IMG/VR virus record: IMGVR_UViG_3300048033_000146
Location: 1 to 56,655 of that record
Source of the DNA: a virus
Taxonomy: Duplodnaviria > Caudoviricetes
DNA length: 56,655 bases
Direction: 5' to 3' (one strand)
The first letter of the stretch is position 1; every line of letters begins with the position of its first letter. Below the pieces are notes generated by a model. The model did no database searches. It saw nothing but the letters and a program-made list of their open reading frames with translations, and was not told where the DNA came from. The position numbers were made by a program, and so were the translations under genes. This document shows, in pieces, positions 17,165-27,010 of this stretch.

Positions 17165-17303
17165 GCACTAGCCACAACAAAGAACTACCTCAGAGTATAG
17201 GCCCAGCGCAGATAGGGCGGCCACCCTAGATGCAAAGCTGACTACCCTAATATGAAGAGCCTCTTTAGTGGATATGTAGTGTTAATCCTCACGCCATATC
17301 TAT
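17165..17303 (+). ncRNA. Structured 5' leader of the major capsid gene (candidate cis-regulatory RNA)
   Basis: Nested stems GCACTA/TAGTGT, CCAC/GTGG, AAAGA/TCTTT, CTC/GAG, TAGG/CCTA, CAGC/GCTG, TAGGG/CCCTA. Confidence 0.6.
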
Positions 17304-17316
17304 AAGGAGAAATATT

Positions 17317-18402
17317 ATGGCTATTGGTCTAAATGGTTCCTATTCAGGGACAGGCTTTGACGGTAACTGGTCCCCAGTAATCTATTCGAAGCAAGCACAG
17401 ATCGCTCTACGTAAAGCGGCTGTTGCAAACGCGATTACAAACAACTCTTACTTTGGTGAGATTGCTAACCAAGGTGACGTTGTTCGCATTCAAAAAGAGC
17501 CAGAAGTAACAGTCAACTCTTTGACACGTAAGGAAGCTATCAGTGTTCAAGATTTGAACGATGAAGACTTCTCTCTAGTGATTGACCAAGCAAACTACTT
17601 CGCATTCAAAATGGATGACATCGAAGACCAGTTCGCAAACGTTGACTATGTATCTTTGGCAGCAGATCGTGCAGCATATAAAATGGCTGACGCTATGGAT
17701 ACTGACGTTCTACGTTACTTGTCAGGTCATGACTCAGCAGGTGACTATGTATCAACCTCAGCAGGTGACGCACAGCACGACACAGCAGGAAACCTAACAG
17801 GTGAATACCTAACTGCTAACCACTTGTCTGCTACAGACTTTGGTCAGCTAGGTACAAACGATGGTGCAGATACACCTGTAGATTATACAGCAGGTGACTC
17901 TATTCCACTAGCACCACGTCTACCCGGTGCAACATCTTTGTCAGACACAACAGTATCACCATTGACTGTTATCGCACGTATGGCGCGCCGTATGGACGTA
18001 CAGAATGTTGATTCACGTGGTCGTTGGATCGTTGTAGACCCAGTATTCGTCGAAATGCTAAAAGACGAAGACAGCCGCGTATTGCAAGCTGACTGGGGTG
18101 GAACTGGCCTAATGAATGGCTTGGTATTGAACAACCTACACGGCTTCCGTGTTTATGTTTCAAACAACTTGCCAGCATCAGGTACAGGCGCAGGAACTTC
18201 AGGTACAGGCGCACAAGACACTAACTATGGTGTCGTTGTAGGTGGTCAGGACGAAGCAGTAGCTTCAGCGGAGCAAATCAACAAAGTTGAGAACTACCGT
18301 GACCCTGATTCATTCGCTGACATCGTGCGTGGTATGCACCTATACGGTCGTAAGATTCTACGTCCAGAAGCTCTAGTAACAGCACGTTACAACGCAGCTT
18401 AA
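17317..18402 (+). CDS. Major capsid protein
   Basis: GEIANQGDVVRI, LVIDQANYFAF, FADIVRGMHLYGRKILRPEAL; strong SD; downstream terminator. Confidence 0.92.
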   Translation: MAIGLNGSYSGTGFDGNWSPVIYSKQAQIALRKAAVANAITNNSYFGEIANQGDVVRIQKEPEVTVNSLTRKEAISVQDLNDEDFSLVIDQANYFAFKMDDIEDQFANVDYVSLAADRAAYKMADAMDTDVLRYLSGHDSAGDYVSTSAGDAQHDTAGNLTGEYLTANHLSATDFGQLGTNDGADTPVDYTAGDSIPLAPRLPGATSLSDTTVSPLTVIARMARRMDVQNVDSRGRWIVVDPVFVEMLKDEDSRVLQADWGGTGLMNGLVLNNLHGFRVYVSNNLPASGTGAGTSGTGAQDTNYGVVVGGQDEAVASAEQINKVENYRDPDSFADIVRGMHLYGRKILRPEALVTARYNAA

Positions 18403-18415
18403 TTTAGTAAAACTT

Positions 18416-18442
18416 AGGGGCTGGCACTAGCTGGCCCCTTTG
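18416..18442 (+). terminator. Rho-independent terminator after capsid gene
   Basis: GGGGCTGGC-ACTA-GCTGGCCCC-TTTG. Confidence 0.8.
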
Positions 18443-18466
18443 TGCTTACAGAAAAGGACACACCTT

Positions 18467-18937
18467 ATGGCGGGTACAATTACTACAGCGATGTGTAACA
18501 CTTTTAAAGAAGAAATCCTTAAGGGTGTTCACGATCTAGAAACAGAAACACTTCGTGTAGCTCTGATTAAACCAGAAGCTGATATAGCAGCTAACTATGA
18601 TGCAGCTACAACAAACTACAGCGACTTAGGCAGCGACGAATTAGACGATGGTGTAGGTAACTACTATCGGGATGTCGCTAGCAACAACCTAGATATTAGT
18701 GGCACTAACGTTAATCTATCTAATAGTGTTGCTTGGGTTGACTTCCCAGATTTAGTATTTCAAAACTTGACAGTCTCTGCTGGCGGTGCATTAATTTACA
18801 ATGCATCACAAGGTAATAAAGCCGTAGCAGTATTTGATTTTGGAGGTACTGTAACTTCAACATCAGGAGACTTTACCATCGTATTCCCAGGTGGAGCTAC
18901 TCCAGACGATACAAACGCAGTTATTCGTATTTCTTAA
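18467..18937 (+). CDS. Virion structural protein
   Basis: AMCNTFKEEILKGVHD, GALIYN, FDFGG..TSTSGDFTIVFP; start trimmed to MAGT. Confidence 0.75.
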   Translation: MAGTITTAMCNTFKEEILKGVHDLETETLRVALIKPEADIAANYDAATTNYSDLGSDELDDGVGNYYRDVASNNLDISGTNVNLSNSVAWVDFPDLVFQNLTVSAGGALIYNASQGNKAVAVFDFGGTVTSTSGDFTIVFPGGATPDDTNAVIRIS

Positions 18938-18952
18938 CTACAGGTATAAACA

Positions 18953-21900
18953 ATGGCGTTTATTATAAAAGACCGTATCAAAGAAGGTACAACTACTACA
19001 GGTACAGGTGACATCGCTTTAGGTGGTTCATCTGCTACTTTTGAATCTTTTCAGTCTTATATGACAAACGGAGATACGACTTACTACGCTATTGTTCACA
19101 CTTTATCAGGTGTTGATGAGTGGGAAGTAGGACTAGGTACTTGGAACACAGGTAACACTCTTACACGTACAACAGTTCTAGCAGGGTCTAACGGTACATC
19201 AGCCGTTAGCTTCTCTGCTGGTACTAAAGATATCTTTATGACGTACCCTGCTGCACATGCTGCACTAGCAGAGGATGACGTAACTTTTGATAACATTACT
19301 GTAACAGGTACTGTTGATGGACGTGATGTTGCGACTGATGGTACTAAACTTGACACAGTAGAACAGAATGCTGACGTTACAGACGCAGTGAACGTAGCTG
19401 CTGCAGGGGCTTTGATGAAGTCTGGCGGCACTATGACAGGTAATCTTATTCTTAACGCTGATCCTACTGCAGCATTAGGAGCCGCAACAAAAGAGTATGT
19501 AGATACGATTGCCTCTGCAGGTATCCACTACCACGATCCTGTACGTGTTGAGTCACCTGTTGCTCTTACCGTTACATATAACAATGGTACTAACGGCGTA
19601 GGTGCTACGCTTACTAACGCAGGTACACAGGAAGCCATTACTATTGATGGTGTAGCTCTTAGCCTTAATGACCGTGTACTTATTTATGAACAAACAGATG
19701 AAACACAAAACGGTATTTACACAGTTACAACAGTAGGTAGTGCATCTACTAACTGGGTACTTACACGTGCTACAGATGCAGACAGTTATGGTGCATCAGA
19801 CCCTGACAGCTTTGGTAAGGGTGATGCTTTCTTTGTCAAAGAAGGTAACACAGGTGCAGGTGAACTATATGTGATGACCACAGCAGGTACAATCACGTTT
19901 GGTACTACAGCTATTCATTTCTCACAGGTAGCTGAGACAGCCGTATATAACGCTGGCACAGGTCTTACTCTTACAGGTACTACATTCTCTATTGGACAGG
20001 ATGTAGCAACATCAGCTAACGTTACGTTTAACCAAGTCACAGCAGCTATTATAGGTAACGTAACAGGCAATGTCACAGGAAACGTAACAGGTAACGCTGG
20101 TACAGCTACTAAGCTAGCTACAGCACGTACTGTTCAGCTTTCTGGTGATGTAACAGGTAGTGCCACATTTGATGGTTCAGCTAACATTAACATCACTGCT
20201 GCTGTACAAGATGATTCACACGCACACGTTATTTCTAACGTAGATGGACTACAGGCGGCACTAGATGGTAAAACAACTACTTCTCGTACTATTACTGCAG
20301 GTAATGGTCTTACTGGTGGTGGAAACCTTACAGCTAATAGAACGCTTAACGTAGGTGCTGGTACAGGTGTTACAGTTAATGCTGACACTGTTGCTATTGG
20401 TCAGGATGTAAGCACTACCTCTGATGTAACGTTTAACGACATCCGTGCTGATGGCGGCAACCTAATACTAGGTGATGATGCTTATAGTACCTCTGGTAGT
20501 TATGTAGGTATGAAAACAGCTTATATGTCGGGTGCCAACGACTACATGATCATCTCAGGCATATCAGATGGTCATACTTATGTTTCCGCTAAAGATGGGT
20601 CGGATACCCACATTCGTGGTGGCGGTAATGTTGCAACATACGAGGTAAAAGTATACCCTAACGCATATGCTACTGCTGCTGGTTCCACTATTATCACAGA
20701 AGCGGGTAGTGGTCTAAGCAAATCTAGTCGTACTCTATCTCACGCTGACACATCTAGCCAAGCATCTGTGAACAACTCTAATGGCACAGTCATTCAAGAT
20801 ATTACTCTTGATGGGTTTGGGCATATTACAGATATCAACTCTGTTAACCTAGATGGTCGCTACTACACAGAGACAGAAGCAGACGGGCGTTTTTATCGTA
20901 ACTATGGCTTAACTACAATAAGTGACTATAATTCGCTTACTACAGGTGCTTATGCTACAACTAGCACTTCCGCATCTAACATACCGTATTCTAACTATAA
21001 TGGTACGTGGCATATTTCTGATGCGACTAACGACAGACAGTATCAATTATGGATGGGCGATACTACAGTTGGTGGGGGCTTGCGCTTTAGAGCTAAACAA
21101 GGCACATCAGGTTGGCACTCTTGGGAACGTGTTTTTGCTGACAGTTACCACCCCAACGCTGACAAGTGGACAACAGCCCGTACCCTATCACTCTCTGGTG
21201 ATGCATCTGGTTCTGTCTCTTGGGACGGTAGTGCTAATGTTACTCTGAGTGTGGCAGTGGCGAATAATAGTCACACTCACACAAACACTACGCTTGATAT
21301 GCACTTTGGACGTGAAACGCAGAACATTGACACCTACGATCCTGATAGCTATTGGGCTACATCAAGGGCTACAGGCGGGAGTGGTACTTACCCTGTAAAC
21401 TACGTCAACGTGTATAACTTTGCTGGTAATGGTGTTGATGAAGGAACACAGCTTGCAACGTATTACGGCTCCAATAACAGAACATGGATACGTACACGTA
21501 ACGACAACAACGATAGCTGGTTAGGTTGGAGCGAAGTATGGACAAGCACCACTGACGGCTCTGGTTCTGGCCTAGATGCTGACCTGTTGGATGGTGTGCA
21601 GGGTAGTAGTTACCTAAGAAGTGATGCAACTGATCTCTACAGCCCCGCTAGATTAGACTTTGGATCAACGGGTAACTGGGATGCTGTAGGTCACGGCAAC
21701 CATACAAACCTACACTTTAGGGATCATAACCAGTTCTGGATTGGCGCAGGTAACGGCACTTGGTTTACTGGCACAGCTAACACTAAGTCACAAGCATCTG
21801 GTCTAGCTGCTGATGCAAGTTTTGCTCACGATCTACTTATCACGACTATGCAATCAACAAGTACCTATGACAGAGGTATTACGTTTGGTGTAGATAGTAA

Positions 21901-24900
21901 CGGTGCTGGCACAGCAGGTTGGCGGCTAGGTAAGTGGCACTCAGGTGATGCAAGTGATAGTTCTAAACTCGTAGTTGATGGTGGCTTGTTCGTTAAGGGT
22001 GGCTACACAGACGAGTACGACTATTACAGTAATGACTATAGTGCTTACTACAGCAGCCGTGGTGGTCAGGCTTTCTGGGGTGGTGATAGTGGGTGGAATG
22101 ATCCATCAGCTACCTTCTCTACAGCTATACAAATTCAGTCAGGTAATGTTGGTACAAACACACGTAACCCAGAAATACAGTTCCATCAGTATGGCTATGG
22201 TGGTGTAAGGTTCCGCTATGATGGGCCTAACGATGCTATGAATTTGGAAAGCACAGCAGCAGGCAGGTTCGATTACTTCAAGGTAAAAACAGATCACGGG
22301 TACATTGACTTTGGACCAAAAAATACAAGTCATGCTCATATCCAAACAGACCGTAGCAACTTCTATTTTAATAAAGAACTACAAGTCGATACTGGTATTG
22401 TTCGCTCTTACGATGAAAACCTAAACCTCAACCGTGCAGGTTCTACAACTGCTCGTATGATTATAGCTAATGGTTTAACTTACGACTATCAACCTCGTCT
22501 TATTACAACGTCAACAAATGAAAAACTAACGCTTAGTGGCAGTAACGATCCTTACATTCGTTTTGAGGAAGGAACAACTGATAGAGCCTATATTCAGTGG
22601 GTGGCTAGTCAAGACGCTTTGCTATTTAGAAATCAGCAGACTGACAACTTTGACTTTATGCCAGATGCTTCTACAGGTGCAGTTAACCTTAGGCTTAGAG
22701 GCTCTGACAATGACACCTGGGGTTCTGTTTATGCTAGTGATAGCCAAGAGGTAGGCTTTTTAGACGAAGGGCAAAACTGGGCTGTTAGGCATATTAATGA
22801 TTCTGGCACGTACTTTTATACAGACGGTCAAACAGAAGAGTTTAAAGTAGGTCGTGATGCTGTCACAGGAGACTATGGCACAGTTCAGACAAGTACCAGT
22901 AAGGGTAGTTGGGGTGGTTACAGCATCAAAGGTAACTGGGTCTTTATGGGGTCTGATGATGGTAATGCTTCTGGTATTTACAACGACATGGACAACGAGT
23001 GGGGTGTTATAGTACGTAGAAATGCTGAAGTAGAACTGTTCCACAACGGCAGTGTAGCTATGGAAACTATAGGTAGCGCTGGTATCCGTGTTGGTTCTAC
23101 AACAAGTTCTGACATCTATATGCAGGATACAGACCACGGTGAACGCCGTATTCACTGTAACTCTAACAGACTAGGCTTCTTGAACAGCAGTAGCGGTTGG
23201 TCTTTCTACTCAGAGGACACTGGTCGTGTCGTAGCAGAAAGCGGCATCTATAACAAAGGTGTTCTAGATATGGGCACCACAGGTTCGTTGCAATACAAGA
23301 CAAACGACAATGGTGGCTACATCCCACACCCACGGGGCGGCAGCTTTGTTACGAGTACAGCCTCCCACACAGGGGCTATCAAGATTAGGTTCCCTACCCA
23401 CGGCGCCAATGACATGCTTACGTTCTGGGTGGACATTTATGACTATACCAGCGACGAAAGTGTCACCTTGTTCATTGCAGGGTATTTGTATCAATCAACA
23501 GGCAATAACGAATGGGTCAATACAGAAGTTGTAAATCTTACAGGTAACAGTGGCAAAGATTACACGGTTCGCTTTGGTGCTGATGGAACAGGTAACTGTG
23601 TTTGGATTGGTGAAACAAACTCTTCTTGGTCATACCCACAGGTTCTAGTTCGTGACTTGCATGTTGGCTACACATCAAACGTAAGTAGCTATGACACAGG
23701 GTTTAATATCAGTATTGTCACATCCTTTGATACAGTAGACGAAATACGCACTAATAACTTCCCACAGGCTAGAAACTCTCAGTATCTAGGGGGTGTTGCT
23801 GCAAGTAGTTACCTAAGAAGTGATGCTAGTGACACCTTTACTACACTTTCGGGTACACAGCTTAACCTTGGCTCAGAGGTGCAGTTACGGGAAAGTACTG
23901 ACCGTGCAGACTTGCTACAGATTACATCGTCCACGTCAGGATGGGCTGGTTTACAGATTCGTAACAGTTCTAACGAAGGTCGTTGGTCGTTTATGACTGA
24001 TGGTGCTATTGCTGGTATCTACGACGACGAAAACAACGACTGGCATGTGCAGTGGAATGAAAACGGTGGTTCAACATTTTATTATAATAGTGCAGCAAAA
24101 GTTAGCGTCACAAGTGGTGGTGCCGCAACTCAGGGTTTGCTTGTTGGTCAAACTACTGGCACCCCACATAACTCTAATGGTCTTCAAGTCAACACCGTTA
24201 ATGACGAAAAGATTGTTCTGACAGGATCAAGTAATCCATACATCCGCTGGCAAGAGGGTACTACTGACAGATTTTACATACAGTGGGTTGCAGGCTCAAA
24301 CGCACCACTATTTCAAAATCAAGAAAGTGGAAACTTTCAATTTAGATCAGGCAGCACTAGTGCATCCGTTAATATACAACTTATGGCTAGTGATGGTGAC
24401 CTATACGGTTCTGTTTATGGTACCCACGGTAATGAAATAGGCTTTCTAGACCAAGACGGTAGTTGGGCATATCGTCATGTAAGAGATACTATACATGAAT
24501 GGCGCATAAACAACACCGTTGAAATGGACTTAGACACCACTGGCCTTGATTTAAAAGGTAATAACCTTGAGGGTGCTACTGATATCTATGTTGCAGATCA
24601 GATTATTCATACTGGCGACACCAACACTTACATGCAGTTTCACACAGCCGATCAGTGGCGTGTTGTTGTTGGTGGCTCAGAGCGCCTAGAGGTTAAGAAC
24701 AGTTCACCACACGTACTTGTTAGTGGTGACTTGAACAGCACATCAGACGCACGACTAAAAGAAAACGTAGAGCCTATCGTAAATGCGCTGTCGGACATCA
24801 CGCAGCTTGAGGGTGTTTCGTTTGATTGGAAAGATACAGGCACACGTGGTCACGGTTTCATTGCACAGCAGGTCGAGCCGATTTTGCCAGATGTCGTAAA

Positions 24901-25009
24901 CACGGATGACGAAACAGGGATCAAATCAATCAACTACGTTGGAATGATTGGTCATTTGGTTGAGGCAATCAAGGAATTGAAAGCCGAAATAGACGAACTG
25001 AAACGCTAA
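18953..25009 (+). CDS. Long tail fibre with C-terminal intramolecular chaperone (peptidase S74)
   Basis: 2018 aa, G/T/S-rich fibre modules; SDARLKENV...GVSFDW...GFIAQQVE...LVEAIKEL. Confidence 0.9.
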   Translation: MAFIIKDRIKEGTTTTGTGDIALGGSSATFESFQSYMTNGDTTYYAIVHTLSGVDEWEVGLGTWNTGNTLTRTTVLAGSNGTSAVSFSAGTKDIFMTYPAAHAALAEDDVTFDNITVTGTVDGRDVATDGTKLDTVEQNADVTDAVNVAAAGALMKSGGTMTGNLILNADPTAALGAATKEYVDTIASAGIHYHDPVRVESPVALTVTYNNGTNGVGATLTNAGTQEAITIDGVALSLNDRVLIYEQTDETQNGIYTVTTVGSASTNWVLTRATDADSYGASDPDSFGKGDAFFVKEGNTGAGELYVMTTAGTITFGTTAIHFSQVAETAVYNAGTGLTLTGTTFSIGQDVATSANVTFNQVTAAIIGNVTGNVTGNVTGNAGTATKLATARTVQLSGDVTGSATFDGSANINITAAVQDDSHAHVISNVDGLQAALDGKTTTSRTITAGNGLTGGGNLTANRTLNVGAGTGVTVNADTVAIGQDVSTTSDVTFNDIRADGGNLILGDDAYSTSGSYVGMKTAYMSGANDYMIISGISDGHTYVSAKDGSDTHIRGGGNVATYEVKVYPNAYATAAGSTIITEAGSGLSKSSRTLSHADTSSQASVNNSNGTVIQDITLDGFGHITDINSVNLDGRYYTETEADGRFYRNYGLTTISDYNSLTTGAYATTSTSASNIPYSNYNGTWHISDATNDRQYQLWMGDTTVGGGLRFRAKQGTSGWHSWERVFADSYHPNADKWTTARTLSLSGDASGSVSWDGSANVTLSVAVANNSHTHTNTTLDMHFGRETQNIDTYDPDSYWATSRATGGSGTYPVNYVNVYNFAGNGVDEGTQLATYYGSNNRTWIRTRNDNNDSWLGWSEVWTSTTDGSGSGLDADLLDGVQGSSYLRSDATDLYSPARLDFGSTGNWDAVGHGNHTNLHFRDHNQFWIGAGNGTWFTGTANTKSQASGLAADASFAHDLLITTMQSTSTYDRGITFGVDSNGAGTAGWRLGKWHSGDASDSSKLVVDGGLFVKGGYTDEYDYYSNDYSAYYSSRGGQAFWGGDSGWNDPSATFSTAIQIQSGNVGTNTRNPEIQFHQYGYGGVRFRYDGPNDAMNLESTAAGRFDYFKVKTDHGYIDFGPKNTSHAHIQTDRSNFYFNKELQVDTGIVRSYDENLNLNRAGSTTARMIIANGLTYDYQPRLITTSTNEKLTLSGSNDPYIRFEEGTTDRAYIQWVASQDALLFRNQQTDNFDFMPDASTGAVNLRLRGSDNDTWGSVYASDSQEVGFLDEGQNWAVRHINDSGTYFYTDGQTEEFKVGRDAVTGDYGTVQTSTSKGSWGGYSIKGNWVFMGSDDGNASGIYNDMDNEWGVIVRRNAEVELFHNGSVAMETIGSAGIRVGSTTSSDIYMQDTDHGERRIHCNSNRLGFLNSSSGWSFYSEDTGRVVAESGIYNKGVLDMGTTGSLQYKTNDNGGYIPHPRGGSFVTSTASHTGAIKIRFPTHGANDMLTFWVDIYDYTSDESVTLFIAGYLYQSTGNNEWVNTEVVNLTGNSGKDYTVRFGADGTGNCVWIGETNSSWSYPQVLVRDLHVGYTSNVSSYDTGFNISIVTSFDTVDEIRTNNFPQARNSQYLGGVAASSYLRSDASDTFTTLSGTQLNLGSEVQLRESTDRADLLQITSSTSGWAGLQIRNSSNEGRWSFMTDGAIAGIYDDENNDWHVQWNENGGSTFYYNSAAKVSVTSGGAATQGLLVGQTTGTPHNSNGLQVNTVNDEKIVLTGSSNPYIRWQEGTTDRFYIQWVAGSNAPLFQNQESGNFQFRSGSTSASVNIQLMASDGDLYGSVYGTHGNEIGFLDQDGSWAYRHVRDTIHEWRINNTVEMDLDTTGLDLKGNNLEGATDIYVADQIIHTGDTNTYMQFHTADQWRVVVGGSERLEVKNSSPHVLVSGDLNSTSDARLKENVEPIVNALSDITQLEGVSFDWKDTGTRGHGFIAQQVEPILPDVVNTDDETGIKSINYVGMIGHLVEAIKELKAEIDELKR

Positions 25010-25027
25010 TAGTGAAAGGACACGAAG

Positions 25028-25348
25028 ATGGCGATACAGGTAGGTGGTACAACCGTTATTGATAACAGTAGAAACTTGCAAAACGTTACTGGACTCAAAA
25101 CAGTTAACAGTAATTCCATACTAGGCAGCGGGGATATCTCTATCGCTGCAGGTGCTTCAGTAGCTAGGGGTTCTAAATCAGGCTCTGGCACGGTCAGCAC
25201 AGGTATCGCTAATGCTTTGGTTTATGGCATCGGTATGTCTGGGAGTGCGCAAACTGGTCGTGTTGGCTACACCACAGATAGCTCAGGCAACTTCACTTTT
25301 TCCATTATTTATGGTGGTGAAGTTTTATATTGGATTGTGGTGAAATAG
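25028..25348 (+). CDS. Small tail-fibre-associated protein
   Basis: MAIQVGGTTVID; LKTVNSNSILGSGDI fibre motif. Confidence 0.7.
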   Translation: MAIQVGGTTVIDNSRNLQNVTGLKTVNSNSILGSGDISIAAGASVARGSKSGSGTVSTGIANALVYGIGMSGSAQTGRVGYTTDSSGNFTFSIIYGGEVLYWIVVK

Positions 25349-25358
25349 GAGCGATATC

Positions 25359-25718
25359 ATGTACATTAAATTAAATGAAAACGGTATCGTGGATCAAGTG
25401 ATTACCGATATAACAGGTGACCAAGTAGATTTAAGTTTACTGGTCGGGTTTATTGAGGTTGATACTACAGAAGAGGATGTGAATTTAAAGTCATACGATA
25501 GCACAACAAACTCTTTCTCTGAAACCGATGAAAGCATACGTGCAAAGCGTAATATGATTTTGTTTACTGAAGTTGACCCAATCGTATCGAATGCGTTGCG
25601 CTGGGCAGATATGACGACGCAAGAGCAAAACGCTTGGTCGCAGTATCGCACTGACTTGCTGAACATCACAGATCAGGCAGGGTTTCCTACTAACGTAACT
25701 TGGCCTACAAAACCATAG
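25359..25718 (+). CDS. Tail fibre assembly chaperone
   Basis: IRAKRN...WSQYRTDLLNITDQAGFPTNVTWPTKP. Confidence 0.85.
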   Translation: MYIKLNENGIVDQVITDITGDQVDLSLLVGFIEVDTTEEDVNLKSYDSTTNSFSETDESIRAKRNMILFTEVDPIVSNALRWADMTTQEQNAWSQYRTDLLNITDQAGFPTNVTWPTKP

Positions 25719-25725
25719 GTGGCAT

Positions 25726-26670
25726 ATGCTAGGTTTTAGTGCATTATCTGAAGTACCCCTATCTCAAGCAACTACGTCATTAGCTGCTAAAGCTTTTATG
25801 ACTGCAGCTTTATCTACTGGTTATATTAGTTCTTTAGACTATGACGCTAAGGCGTTTACTTATCTTACTAATGTATCTGCTGTCTTTTCATTAGATATTG
25901 AGTTTGACGCTCAGGCCTCTACAGATATAGTGAATGTTTTATCTGCATTAAGTATAGAAGACGTAGTTAGTTTTGGTGAAGCTAACCATACACCTTCTGC
26001 TGCAGTAGTAGCTTTCAGTGTAGATGACTTAGACTATGTTGCTGAAGCTAACCTTACTCTAGTAGCAGCAACTATGTCGCTCGACTTAGATGCGGTTGAG
26101 TATGACGCTGATGCATCAACATCTGCTACTTCTGTAACAGCTAGCTTTAATACACTAAATGATCTAGAGTATGCTGCTGCAGCTAATGCAACGCTAAGTT
26201 CACCTTTGTTTGCTGGTGCAGCGTATGATGTAGACTTTGATGCAAAAGCAAACACAAGCCTTTCTGCTATAGCAAACGAAATAGATGTAGATGCTGTTGA
26301 CTTTGACGCACAGGCAAGTATAACTATAATTCAAACTACAGCAACTTTTGACATAGAAGATTTTACTTCTGTAACAGGTTCAGCAAATACAACCTTGTCT
26401 GCTAACTTACTTGAGCTTGCCTCTCTTGAGTTAGAGGATGTCACAGGTGTTATATTTAACTATCAACTATTTGCTGATGCGTATGACAGAGGTAGAACCC
26501 TTTACCTTATATCATATGATAATAACAAGACTGCCCACGTAGTAAGTCAGAATAGAACGCTGTATGTTGTTTCTAATGATCCTAACAGAACAGTACACAT
26601 TACACCAGAAAACAGAACAGTTTATATTGAAAAGACAGACAGAAACTACACTGTCTACATAGCAGCATAA
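25726..26670 (+). CDS. Acidic repetitive virion protein
   Basis: MLGFSALSEVP N-terminus; repeated (F/Y)DA.A; C-terminal NRTV repeats. Confidence 0.7.
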   Translation: MLGFSALSEVPLSQATTSLAAKAFMTAALSTGYISSLDYDAKAFTYLTNVSAVFSLDIEFDAQASTDIVNVLSALSIEDVVSFGEANHTPSAAVVAFSVDDLDYVAEANLTLVAATMSLDLDAVEYDADASTSATSVTASFNTLNDLEYAAAANATLSSPLFAGAAYDVDFDAKANTSLSAIANEIDVDAVDFDAQASITIIQTTATFDIEDFTSVTGSANTTLSANLLELASLELEDVTGVIFNYQLFADAYDRGRTLYLISYDNNKTAHVVSQNRTLYVVSNDPNRTVHITPENRTVYIEKTDRNYTVYIAA

Positions 26671-26679
26671 GGACTTACG

Positions 26680-27009
26680 ATGTCTTACAAATGGCCTGAC
26701 AAAGATAAAGATGAAACACTAGACTATAGCATCGACTGGTCTAGATTTTTAGGTAGTGATACGGTCAGTTCTGCTACTTGGTATGTAGATGATGCTGACG
26801 GGGTAAAAACAGAAGCAGCCGACAACGTACCTATTAATGGGTTAGTTGTACTGTTTGGCGGTACTACAATTGGTGGCGGAGGTAAAGTTACTACAGTTAG
26901 ATTAACTGCAGGTACTAACAATGTGCGTTACCGTATTACCTGTAAAATAACTACAACAAATTCTCTAGTATATGAACGTTCAGTATTCTTAAGAGTTAAG
27001 GAAAAGTAA
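26680..27009 (+). CDS. Fibre-tail adaptor-like protein
   Basis: KDKDETLDYSIDWSRFL...YRITCKITT...ERSV. Confidence 0.75.
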   Translation: MSYKWPDKDKDETLDYSIDWSRFLGSDTVSSATWYVDDADGVKTEAADNVPINGLVVLFGGTTIGGGGKVTTVRLTAGTNNVRYRITCKITTTNSLVYERSVFLRVKEK

Positions 27010-27010
27010 T

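Noticed and set aside
18953-25009. Diversity-generating retroelement or invertible fibre cassette
   Set aside because: No reverse transcriptase, no adenine-specific TR/VR pair, no inverted fibre copies seen
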